A program made the translations under genes and the position numbers. Positions 1-8,388 of a DNA stretch of 64,000 nt are shown here, in pieces (within the stretch, counting starts at the first letter, position 1; each line of letters starts with the position of its first letter). Source of the DNA: Dehalococcoidia bacterium (GTDB taxonomy: Bacteria > Chloroflexota > Dehalococcoidia > Lucifugimonadales > UBA6952); the NCBI GenBank assembly GCA_045562575.1, contig JBJKVQ010000020.1, positions 4,041 to 68,040 of the forward strand, in the 5' to 3' direction. The notes beneath the pieces were generated by a model. The model made no database searches. It was not told the DNA's origin and saw only the letters and a program-made list of their open reading frames with translations.

Positions 1-1
1 T

Positions 2-145
2 AACAACTTAAGAGATCTCTTTACTACAAATGTGAAAACCGACCCAATAGTATTACAACTACTTGATAAACATGGCACATTGACAGCTGAAGAGCTAGCC
101 AAAGAATTAAATGAATTTATGCAATTCATAAAAGATAGAGACTAG
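2..145 (+). CDS. 3' end of an unidentified CDS that begins upstream of the window
   Basis: The frame is open from the window edge to TAG at 143-145 (...LLDKHGTLTAEELAKELNEFMQFIKDRD*). The tail resembles a helix-turn-helix segment but is too short to name. Confidence 0.3.
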   Translation, partial: NNLRDLFTTNVKTDPIVLQLLDKHGTLTAEELAKELNEFMQFIKDRD

Positions 146-149
146 CTTA

Positions 150-725
150 TTGTTTTTGATAAATGGTTTCAAAAACTTATTACAACCCCAATATGCAGGA
201 GACTTTATATATATTTTAGTTACTTTCATTTTACTCTGGAAGATAACTAAAGAAGATCTGCAAGAAAATATCATTTCAAATAATAATATAATTTTCGGTC
301 TAATATTTGGAGTAATTACTATTGCATGGTTGCCACAACTTAAACCCGTCATATTGAATCAATCATTTATTGATTTAACATCTTTACCGTTTATAAGAAT
401 TATTGATTCATTTTTTGCAGCATTATTTTTAGGTATTCTTTTTTTAGCGATTCAATTGATACCAAAAGTCAGACTTGGGTCTGGAGATATTAAACTTGCC
501 ATACTAACAGGTGTGTTATTAGGTTTTTATTGGTCGTTTATCGCATTAATTGCTGTATCAATATTACTTGCACTTTATTCAATCATAATGATTTTAAACA
601 AAGGGAAAAACCAAGCATATAGCGAGGTCTATCCATTAGCCCCTTTTTGGTTGTTAGGTTCTATATTTGCGGTAATATTTGGAAATATAATTAGTGGTTA
701 TTTGGGTATAGTACTTATTAAATGA
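150..725 (+). CDS. Short A24-family prepilin peptidase (CpaA/TadV-like, no methyltransferase domain)
   Basis: Polytopic membrane protein. 'GSGDIKLAILTG' matches the GxGD(V/I)KL second catalytic Asp motif of type IV prepilin peptidases. A candidate first Asp lies in 'TKEDLQENIISN'. The TTG start is uncertain. Confidence 0.55.
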   Translation: MFLINGFKNLLQPQYAGDFIYILVTFILLWKITKEDLQENIISNNNIIFGLIFGVITIAWLPQLKPVILNQSFIDLTSLPFIRIIDSFFAALFLGILFLAIQLIPKVRLGSGDIKLAILTGVLLGFYWSFIALIAVSILLALYSIIMILNKGKNQAYSEVYPLAPFWLLGSIFAVIFGNIISGYLGIVLIK

Positions 726-750
726 TAGTTATAATCTATTTTTAATTTAA

Positions 751-1227
751 CTACTTGGGTAACTCAAAAGACTCTGGAACATTTGGGTTTTCATTTGTAG
801 GTAATACAACAGTTGCCTTGCCTGGAGCAGTAATAATCCCTTCTTGGTTTTCGATGTGAATATCACATTCGATATAACCTAAACCATCTTCTCCGATAAA
901 ACGGTTTACTACAGATCCTTTAGCAATCAATGTATATCCTGGATGATCCATAGCCCTTTGCTGACAAGATAGCTTTTTTAAAAATCCATCATCTCCAATC
1001 CAATTAATCAACATATTATGTAACATTGAAGTTCGAATTGGACCATTAATTAAGGTGTCTTTATACCCTTTTGAACGAGCCCAGTCTCTTGCTTGATGTA
1101 GAGGTTCATAGTTTTCAACAGCAGAAGAAAATCTTATTATATCTGTAGTATTCCAAGTTAATGGTCCTAATTCAGGGATTTGGTCACCTACATTTACTTC
1201 TTCATAGAATAGTTTAGATTTACTCAT
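751..1227 (-). CDS. MaoC-like (R)-specific enoyl-CoA hydratase-type hotdog protein
   Basis: 158 aa. Contains 'IIRFSSAVENYEPLHQARDW' (a degenerate hydratase-2 motif region) and 'GYIECDIHIENQEG...PGKATVVLP'. It is a paralog of the N-terminal half of the upstream 332-aa ORF. Confidence 0.7.
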   Translation of the reverse strand: MSKSKLFYEEVNVGDQIPELGPLTWNTTDIIRFSSAVENYEPLHQARDWARSKGYKDTLINGPIRTSMLHNMLINWIGDDGFLKKLSCQQRAMDHPGYTLIAKGSVVNRFIGEDGLGYIECDIHIENQEGIITAPGKATVVLPTNENPNVPESFELPK

Positions 1228-1243
1228 TGTTTCCTCAAATATA

Positions 1244-2242
1244 TTAAGGCATTCTTATATTAATCTGTTTAGAAAGAGCAACAACTTCATTACATTGATT
1301 AACAATAATTGTTTCACTTACTACAGGAATAAGAGATCTCATTTTACCTTTTTTTTCATAAATATCTACGATGCGTGCTTGTTGAGTTAAGGTGTCGCCT
1401 TCTTTTACAACTTTATACCACTCCGATTCATTTCCTCCATTAACTGCAACGGTTGTATTTGGTACAGTAAAAACAGGAATAGCTGACTCTCCTAACATCC
1501 CTTTATCCCAAAACCCGTATGGGGGTCTTATGACATATGCAGGGGGCGCTATTAATGAACCAATAGAGCTATTTTTTGCAAATTCAATATCTACGTACCT
1601 AGATTTTGTTTCAAATACACCTTGGGTAAATCTTCTAATTGCAGAAATGTCTAATGGTTCTGGCCATGTGTATGATTCCCCCATAGCCCCAATCATTTCT
1701 ATTATTTCTTTAGTTATATATATATTATTAGTATCTGTATATTCAGTAGAAATTTCTTTAGTAATAAATTCTTGATAGGTTACCGGTGGTTCAAAATTAA
1801 AATCTATGGAATCCATATTTTTCATTGGTATTAAAAGAGTTGCTTTGCCTGGGCATGAAACCAATCCATTATCATTCGTTATTGCAATATCACACTCAAC
1901 GAAACCGTTGCCATCCAATATATATTTCTTTGTAAATGTCCCCGTAGCTTGTAAAGTCTCATCCACATAATTAATTCCCCTGTGGGAAATTTCTATCTTT
2001 TTTATATATCCAATATCTCCTACTACTTCGTCTAACCAAGAACAAAGAAGAGCTTGTTTAAATGGGCCGCTTAATAAAACATTATCAAACCCGTGCTGAA
2101 TACACCAATCATAGTCTTGATGGATTTCCCCATAACTATCCACAGCAGATCCAAATCGGATCATATCCATATTAGTTAATGGCCCCCAGGATTTAGAAAG
2201 AAGATTTGATCCTTCTTTTATGTCTTCATAATACAACTGCAT
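1244..2242 (-). CDS. Double hotdog protein: N-terminal MaoC-like domain fused to a C-terminal MaoC_dehydrat_N (PF13452-like) domain
   Basis: The N-half ('MIRFGSAVDSYGEIHQDYDW...GFVECDIAITNDNG...PGKATLLIP') parallels ORF 751-1227. The C-half ('WPEPLDISAIRRFTQ...IAPPAYV...GDTLTQ') parallels ORF 2258-2788. Confidence 0.65.
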   Translation of the reverse strand: MQLYYEDIKEGSNLLSKSWGPLTNMDMIRFGSAVDSYGEIHQDYDWCIQHGFDNVLLSGPFKQALLCSWLDEVVGDIGYIKKIEISHRGINYVDETLQATGTFTKKYILDGNGFVECDIAITNDNGLVSCPGKATLLIPMKNMDSIDFNFEPPVTYQEFITKEISTEYTDTNNIYITKEIIEMIGAMGESYTWPEPLDISAIRRFTQGVFETKSRYVDIEFAKNSSIGSLIAPPAYVIRPPYGFWDKGMLGESAIPVFTVPNTTVAVNGGNESEWYKVVKEGDTLTQQARIVDIYEKKGKMRSLIPVVSETIIVNQCNEVVALSKQINIRMP

Positions 2243-2257
2243 TGATCTATTCCTTGT

Positions 2258-2788
2258 TTAGAACAAACTTGTGCCTTCAGCTTGTCTTCGTAAAGATTTA
2301 CTAGTAACTATCGCAATTAATTTACCATCTTGATTTTTAATTATTCGGTCAGATGTTATTATAATCATAGGACCGCTTTTACCTTCTTTTTGCTCTATAT
2401 TGGAAACGACAGTTTTTCCGGTCAATGTGTCCCCTACTCTAATTTGACCAAACCATTCAATTTCACTACCAGCATTTACTTGCTTAGCAAATCCCGGAGT
2501 ATCAACAAGTCCTCTATGTCGCATTTCTTCTTTTTCAGCATCTTCTACAATTCCTAAAGGGCTTGGAAAACTTCTATGGAAATAAAAAGGAGGAGCAATT
2601 ATAGAACCGTATTTTGTTGATTTAGCATATTCTTCATCGTGATACAATGGATTGTCATCACGAGTAGCCTGAATAAAACGCCTTAAAGAAGATTTATCCA
2701 AAGGTTCCGGCCAAATTGTTTCTTCACCTTCTTTGCCTATCTGACTAAGCATTTCTGGAGTTAGATAGTTTTGCTCTTGCTCAACCAT
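2258..2788 (-). CDS. MaoC_dehydrat_N / FAS1-like dehydratase hotdog protein (non-catalytic partner type)
   Basis: 176 aa with 'WPEPLDKSSLRRFIQATRDDNPLYHD', 'IAPPFYF' and 'GDTLTG', the pattern typical of HadA/ChsH1-type partner subunits. Confidence 0.65.
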   Translation of the reverse strand: MVEQEQNYLTPEMLSQIGKEGEETIWPEPLDKSSLRRFIQATRDDNPLYHDEEYAKSTKYGSIIAPPFYFHRSFPSPLGIVEDAEKEEMRHRGLVDTPGFAKQVNAGSEIEWFGQIRVGDTLTGKTVVSNIEQKEGKSGPMIIITSDRIIKNQDGKLIAIVTSKSLRRQAEGTSLF

Positions 2789-2826
2789 AATAATATCTCC
2801 TATAAATATTCATAATTAATAAATTA

Positions 2827-2855
2827 TTGACACTTAAATCATATTAGATTATACA
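2827..2855 (+). promoter_or_regulatory. Putative sigma70-type promoter (TTGACA-17-TATACA) facing tRNA-Ser/topA
   Basis: TTGACA at 2827-2832, a 17-nt spacer, then TATACA at 2850-2855. It is about 100 nt upstream of the tRNA. In AT-rich DNA such matches can arise by chance. Confidence 0.3.
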
Positions 2856-2895
2856 ACAAGTTAAATAAAAGTTAATAATATTTATAATCTAATAT
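2841..2895. repeat. Perfect 13-bp inverted repeat (ATATTAGATTATA ... TATAATCTAATAT) with a 29-nt spacer
   Basis: Read directly from the sequence: arm 1 is 2841-2853 and arm 2 is 2883-2895. It lies in the divergent region between the hotdog operon and tRNA-Ser/topA. Arm 1 overlaps the putative -10 element. Confidence 0.6.
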
Positions 2896-2963
2896 TGTCT
2901 AATTGTTGTTTTAAATACTATAATCAAAAATAAAACTTAATAATTTGAACGTGAATAAACACA

Positions 2964-3056
2964 GGAGAGGTGCTAGAGTGGACGAATAGGCGCGCCTGGA
3001 AAGCGCGTGTCTTGGTAACCCCAGGACCATGGGTTCGAATCCCATCCTCTCCGCCA
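2964..3056 (+). tRNA. tRNA-Ser (anticodon GGA), CCA encoded
   Basis: Acceptor stem GGAGAGG/CCTCTCC. Anticodon stem CGCGC/GCGCG with loop CTGGAAA. Long variable arm. T-arm ATGGG-TTCGAAT-CCCAT. Discriminator G followed by CCA. Confidence 0.95.
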
Positions 3057-3078
3057 TATATATAAAAGGTAAATAATA

Positions 3079-5238
3079 ATGACAAAAAATTTAGTGATAG
3101 TTGAATCGCCAGCAAAAGCTCGTACAGTTAGTAGATACCTTGGGAAAGATTTTCAGGTTGAGGCATCTGTGGGACATATAAGAGATTTACCCTCAAAAGA
3201 AATGGCTGTTGATATTGATAATGATTTTACTCCAAGCTATGTAATTATGCCTGGAAAAAAATCTATTGTGCAAAACCTTAAAAAGTTAGCTCGTAATGCC
3301 GAAAACATATACCTAGCTACCGACCCAGATAGAGAAGGAGAAGCAATATCATGGCATATCCTTGAATCAATTTCATCCTCCAAAACCCCACCTACACAAA
3401 GAGTAGTTTTTCACGAAATAACAGAACAAGGAATCAAGGAAGCATTTAATAACCCTGGAGATATTGATATGCAACTAGTTAATGCCCAACAAGCAAGGAG
3501 AATTCTTGATAGAGTTGTCGGATATCAATTAAGCCCTTTATTACAAAAAAAATTCACCAGTGGTAGAAAACTTGGACTTTCTGCAGGAAGAGTACAGTCA
3601 GTAGCTTTAAAAATTATTGTCGAACGTGAACGAGAAATATCCTCCTTTATACCTAAGGAATATTGGAATGTTACTATTAATTTATCAAAATCTGATTCTA
3701 GTAAATCTAAATTTGAAGCAAAACTTAATTCTGAAAAAATTAATTCGGAATCTGAAGCTACTGAACTAAAGCAAATACTTAACAATTCTACCTACAGCGT
3801 AGAAAAGATATCTGTAAGAAATTCTTCTAATAAAGCACCTGCACCATTTACAACTAGTACGCTTCAACAAGAAGCTTCCAGAAGACTTAGATATACTGCA
3901 ACAAGAACAATGAGAATAGCCCAGCAACTTTATGAAGGCATTAATCTTGGTCTTGAAGGTGAAACAGGATTAATAACCTACATGAGAACTGATTCAATCA
4001 CTCTTTCATCTATTGCAAGTACAGAAATTACTGATTTCATTAAAGAAGTCTATGGCGAAAACTATGTCTCCAATACAAAACATACCGTTCGCAAAAAAGC
4101 GGTAGCAGCGCAGGAGGCTCATGAAGCTATACGACCAACTTCAGTGCTTCGCACACCTGATAATTTAAAAGATCATTTATCCAGAGAGCAGCTTTCTCTT
4201 TATACACTTATTTGGCGTAGAACTGTTGCTAGCAAAATGTCTAATGCGATCAATCAAATTACCACTGTAAATATACTTTCAGAAAATAAACAAAAGGAAC
4301 AACATAAATTCATATGCTCAGGTAGTATTCCACAATTTGATGGTTTTAGAGTTTTATACGAAAACCCTGATCATGATCCTGAAGATGATACTGAAGAAAA
4401 TGAAGAATCATCTAAAAAACTACCCAAGCTGTCCAAAGATGAAGATCTTAAACTAAACGATATAATTAACGAACAAAAATTTACGCTTCCACCTGCACGA
4501 TACACTCAAGCAACCTTGGTTAAAAAGCTTGAAGAATCTGGTATAGGAAGGCCTAGTACTTATGCTTCAATAATGTCAACCCTCGAAGGAAGAAATTATT
4601 GTACTTTAGTAGATGGTAAATACCAAACTGAACAATTAGGTGAAGCAATAGTAGATCAACTGAATCCATATTTCCCCAATATTATGGATGTGGAATTTAC
4701 AGCTTCTATGGAAACAAATCTTGACGAAATAGCAAAAGGAAATAAGGAATGGGTTTCTGTTTTACACGATTTTTACAACCCTTATAGTAAGTTATTTGCA
4801 GAAGCAGAGTCTACTATGCCTAAGGTAACTGTAGAAACTCCAACAGGTGACTTTTGCCCTCAATGTGAAAGACCGCTTGTTGAAAAAATAGGTAGAAATG
4901 GTAAATTTATCGCCTGTTCAGGATTCCCTGAATGTCGATATTCAAAAAATATTATTAATAGCACAGATATAAAATGTCCTATTTGTGTCAAGGAAAATCG
5001 TGAAGGTGAAATAATAGAAAGACAGCAACGAAAAGGTCAACGTAGAAAGTTTTATGGTTGTAGTGCTTGGCCCAATTGCAACTTCATAAGTAATGCCAAG
5101 CCAGTTGAACATACATGTCCAGAATGTAATGGGTTAATGGTTGAATCTACTAGAGATAGAATAATTTGTCATGACAAAGATTGTGCAATTACACTAAATG
5201 CAAGTGAGTTAAAAACTAATCCGATTAATGCTTCATGA
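3079..5238 (+). CDS. topA: DNA topoisomerase I
   Basis: N-terminal TOPRIM ('LVIVESPAKARTVSRYLG', 'ATDPDREGEAISWH'), the active-site region 'ITYMRTDS', and three C-terminal Cys4 zinc ribbons (CPQC...CSGFPEC, CPIC...CSAWPNC, CPEC...CHDKDC). Confidence 0.97.
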   Translation: MTKNLVIVESPAKARTVSRYLGKDFQVEASVGHIRDLPSKEMAVDIDNDFTPSYVIMPGKKSIVQNLKKLARNAENIYLATDPDREGEAISWHILESISSSKTPPTQRVVFHEITEQGIKEAFNNPGDIDMQLVNAQQARRILDRVVGYQLSPLLQKKFTSGRKLGLSAGRVQSVALKIIVEREREISSFIPKEYWNVTINLSKSDSSKSKFEAKLNSEKINSESEATELKQILNNSTYSVEKISVRNSSNKAPAPFTTSTLQQEASRRLRYTATRTMRIAQQLYEGINLGLEGETGLITYMRTDSITLSSIASTEITDFIKEVYGENYVSNTKHTVRKKAVAAQEAHEAIRPTSVLRTPDNLKDHLSREQLSLYTLIWRRTVASKMSNAINQITTVNILSENKQKEQHKFICSGSIPQFDGFRVLYENPDHDPEDDTEENEESSKKLPKLSKDEDLKLNDIINEQKFTLPPARYTQATLVKKLEESGIGRPSTYASIMSTLEGRNYCTLVDGKYQTEQLGEAIVDQLNPYFPNIMDVEFTASMETNLDEIAKGNKEWVSVLHDFYNPYSKLFAEAESTMPKVTVETPTGDFCPQCERPLVEKIGRNGKFIACSGFPECRYSKNIINSTDIKCPICVKENREGEIIERQQRKGQRRKFYGCSAWPNCNFISNAKPVEHTCPECNGLMVESTRDRIICHDKDCAITLNASELKTNPINAS

Positions 5239-6250
5239 TCACAATATGGATAATGAAAAGATTATTGAAAAATATAGCAATCATTTAAGATTTGAAAAAA
5301 ACTTATCTGATAACACTATCAGAAATTATTTGTCAGATCTTGCTGTATTTAAAATTTTTCTAAATATAGAAAAATTTTCTTATGAACACCCATTTCTAGA
5401 CTTTGCAAAATTCATTTCAAAGAAAAAGAAACATTTATACCAAACAGAATATAGAAAAGTTATAGTTAGTTTTCTTACCTGGCTTGTTACTAAAAAAACA
5501 AATATCAGTCGAAATAGCGTAATAAGAAACTTAGCAAGTCTTCGTTCATTTTTTAGGTTTTGTATAGAAGAAAAGTTTATGCCGGAAGCTCCACTATGGA
5601 ATAGTAGATCCTATTCAATGAAAAAACTGATACCTAAAAAACCACAAATGCTACCTGAAGTGCTCCAACAAAATGAGATTTCATATTTGTTAGATAGTCC
5701 AAATGAAAAACAAAACACTAACAAATCTCTAAAATTTACCATAAGAGATATATCTATATTAGAAATTTTATATGGATCAGGTTTACGACTATCTGAGGTG
5801 GGTAATTTAAATGTAAATAATATCGACTTAACAAAACGTACTGTTACAGTCTTAGGAAAAGGAAATAAACAAAGACAAGTACCTCTATCATTAAAATCAA
5901 CGAAAATTTTGCAAGAGTATATTAATAATCAACGAAGATTATTAATAAAAAGAAATTCAGAACCCGGATTATTTCTCAATAAATTTGGAGGAAGATTATC
6001 AAATCGTTCTATTCAAAATCTTGTAAAATCAAGAGCAAAAATAGCGGGACTTCCTAAAAGAGTACACACTCATATGATACGCCATTCATTTGCAACACAT
6101 TTACTTGATGGAGGAGCAGATATTCGAATTGTGCAAATGCTCTTGGGGCACTCAAGTCCTGACACAACTCAAATATATACACATGTCAGTACAAGTCAGG
6201 CAAGAAAAGTATATTTAGATAGTCATCCCTTTGCTAATATCAACAAATAG
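5228..6250 (+). CDS. xerC: XerC/XerD-family tyrosine site-specific recombinase (CodV-like)
   Basis: SAM-like N-domain ('NTIRNYLSDLAVF') and the catalytic region 'HMIRHSFATHLLDGGADIRIVQMLLGHSSPDTTQIYTHV'. It overlaps the topA stop. The start may be ATG 5246 rather than 5228. Confidence 0.85.
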   Translation: MLHDHNMDNEKIIEKYSNHLRFEKNLSDNTIRNYLSDLAVFKIFLNIEKFSYEHPFLDFAKFISKKKKHLYQTEYRKVIVSFLTWLVTKKTNISRNSVIRNLASLRSFFRFCIEEKFMPEAPLWNSRSYSMKKLIPKKPQMLPEVLQQNEISYLLDSPNEKQNTNKSLKFTIRDISILEILYGSGLRLSEVGNLNVNNIDLTKRTVTVLGKGNKQRQVPLSLKSTKILQEYINNQRRLLIKRNSEPGLFLNKFGGRLSNRSIQNLVKSRAKIAGLPKRVHTHMIRHSFATHLLDGGADIRIVQMLLGHSSPDTTQIYTHVSTSQARKVYLDSHPFANINK

Positions 6251-6285
6251 ACTAATATAAATGTAAACACCTTTTGGAGAATATT

Positions 6286-6708
6286 ATGAATATTGCAATA
6301 ATCAATGGCCCAAATCTTAATAACCTCGGTAAACGTGATAACTCTATTTATGGATCAAAATCTTTAAAAGAGATAGAAAAGTTGATTCTCAAAAATGTTT
6401 CTGATTCTTCCGTTTCTTTATCTTTTTTTCAATCCAATGCCGAGGGAGAAATAATAGATTATATTCAACAAATAACAGAAAATACCGAAGCTATTATCAT
6501 CAACCCAGGAGGTTTAACCCACTATAGTATTTCATTACGAGATTGTCTTTCTGATTTTAATGGGAGGGTCATCGAAGTCCATTTATCAAATATCCATGCA
6601 AGAGAAAGTTTTCGTAGAGAATCCCTAATAGCTGATATTTGCGAAGGACATATTTCAGGTCTAGGTTGGTTTGGTTATTTAACAGCAATAAATTATCTTC
6701 TATCTTAA
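6286..6708 (+). CDS. aroQ: Type II 3-dehydroquinate dehydratase
   Basis: 'MNIAIINGPNLNNLGKRDNSIYG', 'FQSNAEGEIIDYIQ', 'INPGGLTHYSISLRD' and 'VEVHLSNIHARESFR'. I chose ATG 6286 because GGAG lies 6 nt upstream; the ORF track starts at TTG 6274. Confidence 0.93.
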   Translation: MNIAIINGPNLNNLGKRDNSIYGSKSLKEIEKLILKNVSDSSVSLSFFQSNAEGEIIDYIQQITENTEAIIINPGGLTHYSISLRDCLSDFNGRVIEVHLSNIHARESFRRESLIADICEGHISGLGWFGYLTAINYLLS

Positions 6709-6726
6709 TTCAAATAAAGGAGTAAA

Positions 6727-7812
6727 ATGAACGATCGTTTGAACACACTACAAGAAAAACTTCAAGAATTTGAGGTAGATGGTATATTAATTACAAATCC
6801 GGAAAACAGGTATTATATATCAGGGTTCACAGGATCAGCAGGATATTTATTCATAACACCAGATGCAGCTTATCTAAATACTGATTTTAGATATATAGAA
6901 CAAGCAACAAACCAATCCCCATCGTTTGAGATAGTCAAAATTGATTCTGAATTAAAATGGTTCATTGACCTTCTAATCAAACATAGAATTAATACACTTG
7001 GGTTTGAGTCTGAAGATCTCAGTTTTGCTGGACATTCACGATTTTCCGAAATTATAGATAAAAATAAGCTAAATAAAATTGTTAATTTAAAACCACTGAG
7101 CTCTACTATTGAAAAAATCCGTGCCGTTAAATATATGGACGAAATTGATATATTAAAAGAAGCCATAAGAATTTCTGATGAAGCAATGAATACTATTGCT
7201 CCGACTATACAGGCTGGGATATCTGAAAGAGAAATTGCATTTCAGTTAGAAAATAAAATGAGAGAACTTGGGGCAGAAGGACCTTCATTTGATACTATTG
7301 TGGGTTCAGGGCCGAATGCTGCACTACCTCACCATAGAGCTGGTGAACGAATAATTCAAAAAGGTGAATCAATAGTTATTGATATGGGCGCCAAGTTTCA
7401 AGGATATTGTAGTGATCTGACAAGAACATTTTGTGTGGGTAAACCAGACGAAACATTTAGAAAAGTCTATGACACTGTATTTACAGCTCAACAAACAGCA
7501 ATTTCACTTGTAGAACAAGAAATGACCGGTACTGATTGCGATAACATCGCTAGAAAAGTTATTGAGGAATCTGGATTTGGAGACAAATTTGGACATAGTT
7601 TAGGACATGGTGTCGGTCTTGCAGTACACGAATATCCCCGAGTTAGCCCAAATAGCCCTGACATACTGATGAATAACATGGTATTTACAATAGAACCTGG
7701 GATATACATACCAGGTTGGGGTGGAGTGAGAATAGAAGATATTATAACTTTGCAAAATAATAAAGCTGAAGTATTAAGTGCAGCTACTAGAAATGAAATT
7801 ATTGGAGGGTAA
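6727..7812 (+). CDS. M24B Xaa-Pro aminopeptidase/dipeptidase
   Basis: Creatinase-like N-domain plus pita-bread metal ligands ('VIDMGAKFQGYCSDLTRTF', 'GHSLGHGVGLAVHE', 'FTIEPGIY', 'GGVRIEDI'). Sits in the conserved aroQ-pepP-efp context. SD is AAAGGAG. Confidence 0.9.
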   Translation: MNDRLNTLQEKLQEFEVDGILITNPENRYYISGFTGSAGYLFITPDAAYLNTDFRYIEQATNQSPSFEIVKIDSELKWFIDLLIKHRINTLGFESEDLSFAGHSRFSEIIDKNKLNKIVNLKPLSSTIEKIRAVKYMDEIDILKEAIRISDEAMNTIAPTIQAGISEREIAFQLENKMRELGAEGPSFDTIVGSGPNAALPHHRAGERIIQKGESIVIDMGAKFQGYCSDLTRTFCVGKPDETFRKVYDTVFTAQQTAISLVEQEMTGTDCDNIARKVIEESGFGDKFGHSLGHGVGLAVHEYPRVSPNSPDILMNNMVFTIEPGIYIPGWGGVRIEDIITLQNNKAEVLSAATRNEIIGG

Positions 7813-7814
7813 AA

Positions 7815-8381
7815 ATGGTTATAGGTGTTGGAGACTTGAAAAAAGGAGTCACAATTGAATTAGATGGGCAACCATATCAAGTTATAGATTATTCTAGCCA
7901 AAAGATGCAAGCACGAGCACCAACTGTAAAGTTAAAATTAAAAGAATTACGAACTGGTAGATCAATTGAAAAAGCTTACAATGGATTTGCTGTAAAATTT
8001 AATCTGGCTGCAGTTGAAACAAAACCAGCTCAATTTATCTACAGAGAAGATAAAGATTATTATTTTATGGATTCACAAACCTTCGATCAATTTCCTATAC
8101 CTACAGAACAATTAGGTAATGATTCTTTATATTTAAAAGAACAAATGGAAGTTGATATAATATTTTATAACGATGCCCCTATATCAGTTCAGCTTCCTAC
8201 ATTTTCTGAATTAGAAGTAACAGAAACTCCCCCTAGTGTGAAAGGGAATACTGCACAAGGCGGTACGAAACCAGCAACATTAGAAACTGGATTAGTAGTT
8301 AATTTACCTTTCTTCATCAATATAGGAGATACCATCCGAGTTGATACTAGAACAGGAGAATATTTAGAAAGAAAAACCTAA
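7815..8381 (+). CDS. efp: Translation elongation factor P (non-canonical modification loop)
   Basis: 188 aa and full-length collinear with bacterial EF-P ('LDGQPYQVIDY', 'GNTAQGGTKPATLETGLVVNLPFFINIGDTIRVDTRTGEYLERK'). The loop reads 'SSQKMQARAPTV' where PGKG is expected. Confidence 0.95.
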   Translation: MVIGVGDLKKGVTIELDGQPYQVIDYSSQKMQARAPTVKLKLKELRTGRSIEKAYNGFAVKFNLAAVETKPAQFIYREDKDYYFMDSQTFDQFPIPTEQLGNDSLYLKEQMEVDIIFYNDAPISVQLPTFSELEVTETPPSVKGNTAQGGTKPATLETGLVVNLPFFINIGDTIRVDTRTGEYLERKT

Positions 8382-8388
8382 AGATAGC

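Noticed and set aside
1000-1030. I searched for a dif-like Xer site (TTATGT-containing 28-mers). Candidates include 'CATATTATGTAACAT' here and 'GATTATGTTATTG' near 62445.
   Set aside because: Only partial matches to the XerD arm were found. There is no ...ATAA XerC arm at the right spacing, and both candidates lie inside coding sequence.
5228-6250. A tyrosine recombinase about 2 kb from a tRNA-Ser gene might be the integrase of a tRNA-targeted genomic island.
   Set aside because: The protein has the XerC/XerD-type N-terminal SAM-like domain and the 'LLGHSSPDTTQIYTHV' C-terminus. It overlaps the topA stop and is followed by housekeeping genes (aroQ, pepP, efp). The topA-xer (codV) synteny is a known core arrangement. 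I saw no direct repeat of the tRNA 3' end.
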